DNA of 63,987 nucleotides, counting the filler, from Vicugna vicugna (lineage: Eukaryota): the NCBI GenBank assembly GCA_013265495.1. It is 83 parts of 78 records of this genome, joined end to end, with 100 filler letters (N's around TTAATTAATTAA, not from the genome) between each part and the next. Parts side by side here need not be neighbours in the genome. Positions count along the whole stretch, not along the records: positions 10,839 to 11,367 come from MU058859.1; positions 11,468 to 12,270 come from MU058860.1; positions 12,371 to 13,078 come from PNXW01006478.1; positions 13,179 to 13,617 come from PNXW01006480.1; positions 13,718 to 14,498 come from PNXW01006498.1; positions 14,599 to 14,839 come from MU058863.1; positions 14,940 to 15,172 come from MU058863.1; positions 15,273 to 16,193 come from PNXW01006501.1; 75 more parts are not named here. One strand, 5' to 3'. Below, piece after piece: positions 11,197-22,834 of the stretch. Position numbers and translations under genes: made by a program. The notes beneath the pieces are model-generated. The model did no database searches, had not been told where the DNA came from, and saw nothing but the letters and a program-made list of their open reading frames with translations. Each line of letters begins with the position of its first letter. Position 1 is the stretch's first letter.

Positions 11197-11467
11197 NNNN
11201 NNNNNNNNNNNNNNNNNNNNNNNNNNNNNNNNNNNNNNNNNNNNNNNNNNNNNNNNNNNNNNNNNNNNATGATAGTCTTAGCTCCTCTGAACATCAAAAG
11301 GACATGTTCTTAATGTATCTGTTTAAATACACCGAAAGGGTTGTTTAAAAGGAATTAAGAAGAAGCCNNNNNNNNNNNNNNNNNNNNNNNNNNNNNNNNN
11401 NNNNNNNNNNNTTAATTAATTAANNNNNNNNNNNNNNNNNNNNNNNNNNNNNNNNNNNNNNNNNNNN

Positions 11468-12270
11468 ATTCCATCTTCTAATTTCTGGGTTCTATATTGT
11501 CTATACTATATTTTAAATCCTGTGTTCTACATTCCATGTTCAAAATTCTGGGTTGTATAATCTCTAGACTATATTCTATATTCTGTGTTGTACATTGTAT
11601 ATTCTATATTCTATATTCAGTATTCTGTATTCTATATTCAAAACTCTGTGTTTTGAATTCCATGTTCTAAATTCTCGGNNNNNNNNNNNNNNNNNNNNNN
11701 NNNNNNNNNNNNNNNNNNNNNNNNNNNNNNNNNNNNNNNNNNNNNNNNNNNNNNNNNNNNNNNNNNNNNNNNNNNNNNNNNNNNNNNNNNNNNNNNNNNN
11801 NNNNNNNNNNNNNNNNNNNNNNNNNNNNNNNNNNNNNNNNNNNNNNNNNNNNNNNNNNNNNNNNNNNNNNNNNNNNNNNNNNNNNNNNNNNNNNNNNNNN
11901 NNNNNNNNNNNNNNNNNNNNNNNNNNNNNNNNNNNNNNAATTTAGTATTCTGTATTCTATATTCTATATTCTGTGTTCTACATTGTATATTCTAAATTCT
12001 ATATTCAGTATTCTGTATTCTATATTCTATATTCTGTGTTCTACATTCTATATTCAATATTCTATATTCAGTATTCTGTATTCTATATTCTATATTCTGT
12101 GTTCTACATTCTATATTCAATATTCTATATTCAGTATTCTGTTTTCTATATTCTAAATTCTGTGTTCTGCATTCCATGTTCTCAATTCTCTGTTTTGTAT
12201 TTCGTTTTCCATATTCTATAATCTATGTTCTACATTCAATATTCTGTATACTATATTCTGCATTCCGTAT
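11468..12270 (+). repeat. TTCTATA-heptamer satellite with 63-bp higher-order unit
   Basis: ATTCAGTA variant at 12003, 12066 and 12129 (63-bp spacing = 9 heptamers). Confidence 0.96.
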
Positions 12271-12433
12271 NNNNNNNNNNNNNNNNNNNNNNNNNNNNNN
12301 NNNNNNNNNNNNNNTTAATTAATTAANNNNNNNNNNNNNNNNNNNNNNNNNNNNNNNNNNNNNNNNNNNNTGAAACCTAATTTACATAAATCTTTGAAGA
12401 TTTATGTTTCAGGAGTTTTGAGGAAATAATACC

Positions 12434-12793
12434 TATCTTTATTCAATAACTACAACTAAATGCTCAAGCAACATGTAAGAGTTTGAGCAAAATGCCCCCA
12501 CCCCGTAGTACTGGTTGGCTGCAGCTGTAAATGGAGTCAGCGCTTACCTCTCCCAGTACGCTTGTGCTGATCTCCTCAAAGCGGTTTGCCCAACAGTTTG
12601 TTGGTGGTCTTTTGGACAAAGCCATAAAGCATTGATTGAAGGTTGCTGGAATGGAATCTATTCTTATTAATATTAAGTAAGCACATATTGAGTGCTTACT
12701 GTATGTTGGGAATTGTCCCTCAGCCTCACATGAAAATTATTTCTCTTAAAACCTCTCATATTTCCTTGTTATTCACACTTTACAGATAAGGAG
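12434..12793 (-). repeat. Low-copy repeat, paralog of 10859-11196
   Basis: Reverse-complement match with scattered substitutions and small indels. Confidence 0.92.
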
Positions 12794-13178
12794 ACTGAGG
12801 ATTAAGTCTTCTCTCTTTTGTGGGGAGCTCATTATCAATGATGGGAAGTTGCAAGGAAAAAGATATTGATTCATCCTGAGAAAACATTTTTCTGAGAGTC
12901 AGCATTGAAGAGGGTGATCATTGTTTGAGTGAGACGAGCCCCGGGTTGTACGGAATCAGCATCCCTGTCTGCACACGGCACATGTAGTGCTACATGGTGG
13001 GTGAGTTGGCAAGGGAATGCAGATGCCGGGCCTTTGGGTTGTGCTCAGGCCCGGTGGGGCATTCTCCTAAGGGCAGTGNNNNNNNNNNNNNNNNNNNNNN
13101 NNNNNNNNNNNNNNNNNNNNNNTTAATTAATTAANNNNNNNNNNNNNNNNNNNNNNNNNNNNNNNNNNNNNNNNNNNN

Positions 13179-13617
13179 GCTCTCTTCATTCACAGGAGTT
13201 CCCTGTTCGGGGAAGCCCGAGAATTACCTTCCCTGATCTTGGGGTGGCAGCCTCGGTCAGTGGGAAATCCTGCAATCACCCCTAGCATTCCCTGGCACAG
13301 AGAAATTAGGATAACCCTCAGGGGTGACGAGCTTAGGCATTCCGTTAGAACCCATGCGCTACCGAACGTTGGTGGAACCTCCCCACGCTCAGGATTCCGG
13401 AACCATTGTCAATGCGTTGAGGATCCCGATAGACAACTCCATGCAGCTCCCTTCAGTCACAGGTGTTCCCTGTTTGGGGAAGCACGAGAAATAACTTCCC
13501 TGAACTTGGGGAGGCAGCCTCTGACTCTGGGATATCCTGCAATCACCCCTAGCATTCCCTGGCACAGAGACATTTGGAAAATCCTCAGGGGAGACGAGCT
13601 TAGGCATTCCTTTTGAA
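13179..13617 (+). repeat. 267-bp satellite (AATCACCCC subtype)
   Basis: Monomer match with the CCTGCAATCACCCCTAGC variant. Confidence 0.97.
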
Positions 13618-14598
13618 NNNNNNNNNNNNNNNNNNNNNNNNNNNNNNNNNNNNNNNNNNNNTTAATTAATTAANNNNNNNNNNNNNNNNNNNNNNNNNNN
13701 NNNNNNNNNNNNNNNNNGTCTCGCAGGCCGTGCCTCTGGGACTCAGTGTCCTGTAGCAGTCCTGCCCCAGGCGAGGACCTGCAGCGTGGCCACCCAAAGC
13801 AGGAGGGGCACTGTGCTTGAGAAAACCCACCCCTGATGGGGGCAAGAGGGACTGGTGGGGTTGAGTGAACCTATAAATGCCCACAGAAATACACCTGCAT
13901 TCATTCAAGTGATACAACCAAAAGTAGCAGGCTATTTCGCAAAATTTCAAATGTCAGTGGAAATTTTACCATTCCTTTCTGCTTGTCCCCTGCACTCTGA
14001 GACAGGCTTAGGCTTTCTCACACCTGCAGGTCTCATACAATAGTTGTGAAGTCATTTTACTTTGCTGCGATAGTCCTTGCTTCCCGTGTCACTCTGTCCT
14101 CTCTTAACACAGTCGGATGTCTTCCTGGATCTCTCCCTGAGTTCCTTGCTTCTACTCCTCAGATCCTGAGATAAAGGGCAAGTGAAGACACATGACCAGA
14201 AAAGACACTGTGGACTTTAACAAAGTCCTCAGTGACCCCCTAGGTGAGTGCTGCCTACCCGTCAACTTCAGTTCTCAAAGTTCTGCCCAGGGTGACATCC
14301 AGCCAGGAGAGTGGCCCAGGCCAATTAAAAGCTGTGTGGCTTGGGTGCGGGGACAGGTGCAGGAGCTGTTTCCGGAGCCGGGCGCCTCCACACCTCTGCT
14401 CCCCTCTCTCCCGAGGCCACGCTGCCAAGCCCCCAGGCTTGCTGATCTTCAGGGCTGATCTGCATTTCTCTTCTACTCTACTCCAAGCCCTTTTCCTCNN
14501 NNNNNNNNNNNNNNNNNNNNNNNNNNNNNNNNNNNNNNNNNNTTAATTAATTAANNNNNNNNNNNNNNNNNNNNNNNNNNNNNNNNNNNNNNNNNNNN

Positions 14599-15172
14599 CT
14601 CAGTTCTGAGAGAAAAGTGTGTGTGATAGCCGTCCTTCACCTAACGTGAAGGGAACACGAATTTTCATTTCAGTGTCAAACTCCACACCATACATATATA
14701 TGGGGAGGTACAAGCTCCAAATCGGTTTTACAGTGCAAACCGCAGGAACTTCAAACCGGCAGTAGGAAACAGACTGAAAACCAGAGTAAGTGTTTCTCCT
14801 ACAACCCGTTCCCCTTGTGCTGGATGAACGAACGTCTCTNNNNNNNNNNNNNNNNNNNNNNNNNNNNNNNNNNNNNNNNNNNNTTAATTAATTAANNNNN
14901 NNNNNNNNNNNNNNNNNNNNNNNNNNNNNNNNNNNNNNNGTCCTTCACCTAGCTTGAAGGGAACACAAAGTTTCTTTTCAGTTGCAAACTCCACAAATTA
15001 CATATATATTGGGATGTACAAGCTGCAACTCGGTTTTACAGTGCAATCTGAAGGAACTTCAAACCGGCACTAGAAAACAGACTGAGAATCCAGAGAAAAT
15101 GTTTCTCCGACAACCCGTTTCTTTAGAGCTGGATGAACGAACTTCTCTCCACATGCTGATTTCTGAGAGATA
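14599..15172 (-). repeat. 249-bp satellite (two scaffolds: 14599-14839, 14940-15172)
   Basis: Reverse complement of the array at 61956-62811 (GTCCTTCACCTAGCTTGAAGGGAACACAAAGTTTC). Confidence 0.93.
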
Positions 15173-15272
15173 NNNNNNNNNNNNNNNNNNNNNNNNNNNN
15201 NNNNNNNNNNNNNNNNTTAATTAATTAANNNNNNNNNNNNNNNNNNNNNNNNNNNNNNNNNNNNNNNNNNNN

Positions 15273-16193
15273 TCCGAGAAATAACTTCCCTGACCTTGGG
15301 GTGGCAGCCTCTGTCACACGGAGATCCTGAAAACAACCCTAGCATTCCCTGGCACAGAGATATTAGGAAAACACTTAGGAGAAATGAGCATAGGCATTCC
15401 GTTAGAACCCAAGCTCTGCCGACCGTTGGTGGAACCTCCCCACGCTCAGGATTCCGTAACCATTGTCACTGCGTGGGCAAGCTCGAGAGACATCTCCACT
15501 CAACTCTCTTCAGTCACAGGGGTTCCCTGTTCGGGGAAGTCCGAGAAATACCGTCCCTGACCTTGGAAAGGCAGACTCTGTCACTGGGAAATCCTGCAAA
15601 CCCCCTAGCATTCCCTGGCACAGAGACATTAGTAAAACCTTCAGGGGAGACGAGATTAGGCATTCCGTTATACCCACGCGCTGCCGACCGTTGGAGGAAC
15701 CTCCCCACGCTCAGGATTCCGTAACCATTGTCACTGCGTGGGCAAGCTCGAGAGACATCTCCACTCAACTCTCTTCAGTCACAGGGGTTCCCTGTTCGGG
15801 GAAGTCCGAGAAATACCGTCCCTGACCTTGGAAAGGCAGACTCTGTCACTGGGATATCCTGCAAACCCCCCTAGCATTCCCTGGCACAGAGACATTAGGA
15901 AAACCCTCAGCGGAGACGAGCTTAGGCTTTCCGTTAGAACCCACGCGCTGCCGACTGTTGGTGGAACCTCCCCACTCTCAGGATTCCGGAACCATTGTCA
16001 GTGCGTGGGGGAGCTCGAAGCAGCTCTCTTCAGTCACAGGTGTTCCCTGTTCGGGGAAGTCCGAGAAATAACTTCCCTAAACTTGGGGGGGCAGCCTCTG
16101 TCACTGGGACATCCTGCAAACCCTCCTTGCATTCCCTGGCACAGAGAATGTAGGAAAATCCTCAGGGGAGACGAGCTTAGGCATTCCATTACA
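15273..16193 (+). repeat. 267-bp satellite, about 3.5 monomers, one with a 12-bp deletion
   Basis: Monomer match. CAGTCACAGG at 15776 and 16031 is 255 bp apart. Confidence 0.97.
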
Positions 16194-17128
16194 NNNNNNN
16201 NNNNNNNNNNNNNNNNNNNNNNNNNNNNNNNNNNNNNTTAATTAATTAANNNNNNNNNNNNNNNNNNNNNNNNNNNNNNNNNNNNNNNNNNNNAAGTCTT
16301 AATTTCTGGCTTCTCTTGAATAAGAAGGAGATCTGACAATGTGAGGCCCTATTTCCAATATGCTGACTGTGAGCAGAGCGTTTCATTAGGATGTCCACTT
16401 GCCAATTTGCCTTTGGCTGCACCCAATCCCCACATTTCTGCTACTTACCTACCCACTGGAGGCAGATGAGTTCATGTAGGGTTAGGTGGGTTGTGGACAC
16501 AGATACTGACATCACTGCTGCCACGCTGCTGACTCTGTGGCATCACTAACTCTGGTTCTTGCTCTCTCACCTCCCTGAATATGACAGCTCCTTTTGGGCT
16601 GTGGGCCTGCTGCATCTTTCCAGCACTGTCGNNNNNNNNNNNNNNNNNNNNNNNNNNNNNNNNNNNNNNNNNNNNNNNNNNNNNNNNNNNNNNNNNNNNN
16701 NNNNNNNNNNNNNNNNNNNNNNNNNNNNNNNNNNNNNNNNNNNNNNNNNNNNNNNNNNNNNNNNNNNNNNNNNNNNNNNNNNNNNNNNNNNNNNNNNNNN
16801 NNNNNNNNNNNNNNNNNNNNNNNNNNNNGGGAGGGTCTACAAGTCTTTTAGATCTCTGGCCTTATCATTTCTAACCGCTCCCCCACCCCATGGAACAGCT
16901 TACCGCAGATCTCTGCTGCACCGTCAGTAGCAATGCCCTATAAATTACACACAGAGAGAAAAGGACTTCTAAGCCACCACCAAAATTTTGACTTCCTGTG
17001 ACCACACAGACCATAGAAATATCAAGATNNNNNNNNNNNNNNNNNNNNNNNNNNNNNNNNNNNNNNNNNNNNTTAATTAATTAANNNNNNNNNNNNNNNN
17101 NNNNNNNNNNNNNNNNNNNNNNNNNNNN

Positions 17129-19707
17129 GGTTCCACCAACGGTCGGCAGCGCGTGGGTTCTAACGAAATACCTTAGTTCGTCTCCCCTGCATATTTTGCT
17201 AATGTCTCTGTGCCAGGGAAAGCTAGGGGTGATTGCAGGATATCCCAGTGTCAGAGGTTGCCTCCCCAAGGTCAGGGAAGTTATTTCTCGGACTTCCCCT
17301 AACATGGAACACCTGTTACTGGACAGAGCTTNNNNNNNNNNNNNNNNNNNNNNNNNNNNNNNNNNNNNNNNNNNNNNNNNNNNNNNNNNNNNNNNNNNNN
17401 NNNNNNNNNNNNNNNNNNNNNNNNNNNNNNNNNNNNNNNNNNNNNNNNNNNNNNNNNNNNNNNNNNNNNNNNNNNNNNNNNNNNNNNNNNNNNNNNNNNN
17501 NNNNNNNNNNNNNNNNNNNNNNNNNNNNNNNNNNNNNNNNNNNNNNNNNNNNNNNNNNNNNNNNNNNNNNNNNNNNNNNNNNNNNNNNNNNNNNNNNNNN
17601 NNNNNNNNNNNNNNNNNNNNNNNNNNNNNNNNNNNNNNNNNNNNNNNNNNNNNNNNNNNNNNNNNNNNNNNNNNNNNNNNNNNNNNNNNNNNNNNNNNNN
17701 NNNNNCTAAGCTCATCTCCCTGAGTGTTTTCCTAATGTCCCTGAGCCAGGGAATGCTACGGGGGTTTGCAGGAAATCCCAGTGACTGAGGCTGCCTCCCC
17801 AATTTCAGGGAATATATTTCTCGGACTTTCTCGAAGAGGGAACACCTGTGACTGAAGAAAGCTATGTGGAGTTGCCTCTCGAGCTCCCCCACGCACTGAC
17901 AACGCCTGCGGAATCTTGAGCGTGGGGAGGTTCCACCAACGGTCGGCAGCGCGTGGGTTCTAACGGAATGCCTAAGCTCGTCTCCCCTGAGGGTTTTCCT
18001 AATGTCCCTGTGCCAGGGAATGCTAGGGGGTTTTACAGGAAATCCCAGTGACTGAGGCTGCCTCCCCAATTTCAGGGAATATATTTCTCGGACTTTCTCG
18101 AAGAGGGAACACCTGTGACTTTAGAGAGCTGCGTGGAATTGCCTCTCGAGCTCCCCCACTCACTGACAATAACTGCGGAATCCTGAGCGTTGGGAGGTTC
18201 CACCAACGGTCGGCAGCNNNNNNNNNNNNNNNNNNNNNNNNNNNNNNNNNNNNNNNNNNNNTTAATTAATTAANNNNNNNNNNNNNNNNNNNNNNNNNNN
18301 NNNNNNNNNNNNNNNNNGCTCGAGAGACAACTCCTCGCAGATCTCTTCACTCACAGGTTTTCACTGTTTGGGGAAGTCCGAAAAATACCTTTCCTGACTT
18401 TTGGAGGCAGCCTCTGACACTGGGATATCCTGCAATCACCCCTAGCATTCCCTGGCACAGAGATATTAGGAAAACCCGCAGGGGAGACTAGCTTAGGCAT
18501 TCCATTAGAACCCACGCGCAGCCGACAGTTGGTGGAACCTCCCCACGCTCAGGATTCCGGAACCATTGTCAGTGCGTGGAGGATCTCGAGAGACAACTCC
18601 ACGCAGCTCTCTTAATTCACAGGTGTTNNNNNNNNNNNNNNNNNNNNNNNNNNNNNNNNNNNNNNNNNNNNNNNNNNNNNNNNNNNNNNNNNNNNNNNNN
18701 NNNNNNNNNNNNNNNNNNNCTCAGGGGAGTCTAGATTTGACATTCCGTTAGAACCGACGCTCTGCCAACCGTTGTTGGTCCCTCCCCACGCTCAGGATTC
18801 TGGAACCATTGTCAGGGTGAGGGGGAGCTCGAGAGAATACTCCACGCAGCTCTCTTCAGTAACATGTGTTCCCTGTTCCGGGAAGTCCGAGAAATACCTT
18901 CCCTGANNNNNNNNNNNNNNNNNNNNNNNNNNNNNNNNNNNNNNNNNNNNTTAATTAATTAANNNNNNNNNNNNNNNNNNNNNNNNNNNNNNNNNNNNNN
19001 NNNNNNAAGCTCGTCTCCCCTGAGGGTTTTCCATATATCTCTGTGCCAGGGTATGCTAGGGGGTTTTGAAGTATATCCCAGTGACAGAGGCTGTCTCCCC
19101 AAGGTCAGGGAAGTTATTTCTCGGACTTCCCCGAACAGGGAACACCTGTGCCTGAAGAGAGATTCGTGGAGTTGTCTCTCGTGCTCCCCCACGCACTGAC
19201 AATGGTTCCGGAATCCTGAGCGTGGGGAGGTTCCACCAACGGTCGGCAGCGCGTGGGTTGTAACGGAAAGCCTAAGCTCGTCTCCCCTGAGGGTTTTCCA
19301 AATCTCTCTGTGCCAGGGAATGCTAGGGGGGTTTTCAAGATATTCCAGTGACAGAGGCTGCCTCCCCAAAGTCACGGAAATTATTTCTCGGACTTCCCCG
19401 AACAGGGAACACCTGTGACTGAAGAGAGCTGCGTGGAGTTGTCTCTCGTGCTCCCCCACGCACTGACAATGGTTCCGGAATCCTTAGCGTGGGGAGGTTA
19501 CGTTCGGCAGCGCGTGGGTTCTAACGGAATGCCTGAGCTCGTCACCCCTGAGGGTTTTCCTAATGTCTCCGTGCCAGGGAATGCTAGGGGGGTTTACAGG
19601 GTATTCCAGTGTCAGAGGATGCCTCCCCAAGTTCAGGAAAGGTAGTTCTCGGACTGCCCCGCACAGGGAACATCTGTGACTGAAGAGAGCTGCGTGGATT
19701 TGTCTCT
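17129..19707. repeat. 267-bp satellite, three scaffolds (17129-18217 -, 18318-18906 +, 19007-19707 -)
   Basis: Monomer match in each scaffold. Confidence 0.97.
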
Positions 19708-21167
19708 NNNNNNNNNNNNNNNNNNNNNNNNNNNNNNNNNNNNNNNNNNNNTTAATTAATTAANNNNNNNNNNNNNNNNNNNNNNNNNNNNNNNNNNNNN
19801 NNNNNNNAAGAAAAGCAAAGAAAAAATGCACATGAGTGCTAAATTTAGAAAAAGTATAGTGTGTTTTCTGTCTCAGCAATGGAGGTTTCTAGAAACTCAT
19901 GAAAACCTTCATTACACAAGTTCCTTAAAATGCTGATTAAGAAATAAAACCTTCCTTCCTCATCTTTCAAACTGCACAACTAATTGTCAAGAAAGAGAGG
20001 GGGAATCCTCAGAAGCCAAGACAAACGAGAAAGCAGGGATTCTGGGAGATACACGAGCCTTAGAAACCCTGGGATGCCGGTTGGCTCCCGAACATTTCGG
20101 TTGCCTTGGCAGGAGAGCAGGAGGTGAGCCCGAGGCCCCTCACACTGGGAGTTGGATGGCTGATCATATTATCGACCAAGCCCATCCTGAGAATCTTGTT
20201 TAACTAAAGGTTGAAATAGGAAAAATAATTCCTCAAGGCAAGAAAGTAAGGAAAGTCAATTTTGTNNNNNNNNNNNNNNNNNNNNNNNNNNNNNNNNNNN
20301 NNNNNNNNNTTAATTAATTAANNNNNNNNNNNNNNNNNNNNNNNNNNNNNNNNNNNNNNNNNNNNCTTCCCTGGAGCAGGAGGTGAGTTTGGGTCTCATC
20401 GTCCCCGCGTTCCTGGCCTCACACACCCACGTAAATTTTGTACATGCTGTGAAAATCATTTTTGTACTTGTGTGTTTCTAATTTTCTCTTGTTCCTCTTT
20501 TCCTTTTTCTTTATTCCTTTTTCTCTTGTACTGCCCAGTGAGCATGTTGTTGTGTCTGAAAATGTGGGCTGTTCACACCCTGCATATGAAATAGCCAGAT
20601 TGCCCTCAGTACTGTCTCCGTCTCCTTAAAAAGCAAAAACTTAACAGCTGCCTTGATCCATGTATTATCCTGGTCATCTTTTTATTTTCTAATTTTTTGA
20701 AATATTTGTTTTGTTAGCCCATCACCCACTGGAGTTTGATACCTGTTAAAATCCTTGCTTTGAGGAACCTGTTTGGTCCTCCTTATATTTGGTGACAAAT
20801 GAAATTTGTTTGAATGTTTTGAAAAAGTGAGATGCGAATTGATTTAGGCAGCTGCTGAGGAATTCTTTTCATGAAGTATTTAAACTTGGAAAGTCAAAGT
20901 CTGCAGGATCATGCTCGATTCCTGCTTTTACACAAACGTGCTCGGCACGTAGTTCCTGGCTGTCGCTGTGTGACGTGCGTGACGTGCGTAACGGAGCTTC
21001 CTGGACGCCGGTCACTGGTGACAAAGTGGCCGGCTCGGGGGTGAGCAGCTATAGGGGACGCTGTTGGNNNNNNNNNNNNNNNNNNNNNNNNNNNNNNNNN
21101 NNNNNNNNNNNTTAATTAATTAANNNNNNNNNNNNNNNNNNNNNNNNNNNNNNNNNNNNNNNNNNNN

Positions 21168-21583
21168 TTGGAGACAGACCTGCAGTGGAGACCACAGGCT
21201 TCTGAGAAGCCATTTTCGAAATAAAGGCAGTATGCACTGGAATACCCAGTTCTAGCGAGTTCTTCATCATAGACATGTAATTTACATAGTTCTCACCACG
21301 AAATTCTGTGTTCCCAACACGCTACATGAATGACGGCTTCAACACACATTCATTTCTGAGATGTGAACAAGTGTAGAGCCGCTCTTTCATCCAGCATAAT
21401 GGGCATGGCTACACCTAAGAACACTTACCAAGATTTCTCAGCAAGAGCCAATTTCGAAATAAAGGCAGTTTGTGCAGGAAAAGCCTGTTGGAGTGAGAGG
21501 GCTTCCCCATACACATGTAAGTTATATAGTTCCCCTATCCATGAAACGCTGTTCCCAACATGCTACATGCATGAAGGCTTCGA
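21168..21583 (+). repeat. Diverged ~238-bp satellite related to both the 249-bp and ~245-bp families
   Basis: TTCGAAATAAAGGCAG at 21215 and 21453 (238 bp apart). Colinear similarity to both 62160-62300 and 25800-25930. Confidence 0.85.
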
Positions 21584-22093
21584 NNNNNNNNNNNNNNNNN
21601 NNNNNNNNNNNNNNNNNNNNNNNNNNNTTAATTAATTAANNNNNNNNNNNNNNNNNNNNNNNNNNNNNNNNNNNNNNNNNNNNTTGTACACGTGAAACTT
21701 ATATCATATTTTAAAACAGCTATATCTTAAGAAAAACTTAAAAAATAATTTAAAACTGTTATCACTTTAATATTCAATTCGGTTTTTAAGTAACTACTAA
21801 ACAGCTTAGAATATATAAAACCATTTAAGTGTGCTGTTTGTTTACATATTTATTTACATTCAGCTTCCTGCTAAAAGAGAATTTAAACAATTTTTTTAAA
21901 CAAAGCTTAACAAGCATAACAACAAAAAGGCAAAACTGAGAGTGAAGAGAAAATGGAGATTCAATACTTAAACAAAACCATGGGAAGATAAATTCATAAA
22001 AATGGATTCCATGAAGTCAGGGCAAGTGTTAAAGGCCGACTAGAAATTCAGCTGTAAGATTCTTGGCAGCTAAAGCAAAAACAAAAAGATGAT

Positions 22094-22197
22094 GGGGCGC
22101 ATGGTAGAGCGTGTGCTTAGCGTGCACGGGGTCCTGGGTTTAAGCCCCAGGGCCTCCACTAACAGATAAATACATCTAATTACCTACCCCCCCAAAA
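22094..22197 (+). mobile_element. Vic-1-type tRNA SINE, internally deleted at the 5' end
   Basis: TGGTAGAGCGTGTGCTTAGCGTGCACGGGGTCCTGGGTTTAAGCCCCAG plus the tail ATCTAATTACCTACCCCCCCAAAA. Confidence 0.85.
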
Positions 22198-22307
22198 GAG
22201 CCCCAAAGAAAAGATAAAGAGAAATTTTGTCCCCAAAAAACCCTGATATTAAGTTTGGATTAAATACTTAAAAATATAAAAAGAAAAATAGAAAAGATAA
22301 GTGACAC

Positions 22308-22716
22308 TGTGAAGGAAAAGCCCAGCTGGGCTAACAAGCTAAGTCACACATCCAAGTGTGATAAGTGTCGGTTTACTGATCTGCGTTTTTCTGGGCTACC
22401 TGGTAAACCTGAAGTTTAGAGTCAGTTTACTGGGCTAACAAGCTAACTCGTAATTCCAAGGTCAACAATTGTCAGTAACGTGATCTGTTCCAAATTGATA
22501 AACCTCAGTGTACTGATTCCTTGCNNNNNNNNNNNNNNNNNNNNNNNNNNNNNNNNNNNNNNNNNNNNNNNNNNNNACCCTATAAAATGTGCAGTTCTTG
22601 TTGGTGCTCAGAGCTCTGGAGCAGAAGCCCCTCTGAGGCCACCGGCTTAATAAATCTCAGTACTCACACCCTCTGATTGGTGCTTGTTCCTTGGCTGGCC
22701 TTTTGTTTCCCTAACA
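22308..22716 (+). mobile_element. Solo LTR, class I ERV-like
   Basis: TG...CA termini (TGTGAAGG / CCCTAACA), 4-bp TSD ACAC at 22304-22307 and 22717-22720, TATAAAA at ~22581, AATAAA at ~22649. Confidence 0.85.
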
Positions 22717-22834
22717 ACACAAGCGATAATGCCCNNNNNNNNNNNNNNNNNNNNNNNNNNNNNNNNNNNNNNNNNNNNTTAATTAATTAANNNNNNNNNN
22801 NNNNNNNNNNNNNNNNNNNNNNNNNNNNNNNNNN

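Noticed and set aside
11973..12221. F/Y/I/S-rich 'membrane' ORFs (also 4810, 25452, 27371, 33668)
   Set aside because: Low-complexity translation of the heptamer satellite.
17129..19707. Strand switches (inversions) within the 267-bp array
   Set aside because: Orientation changes occur only at artificial spacers, and scaffold orientation is arbitrary.
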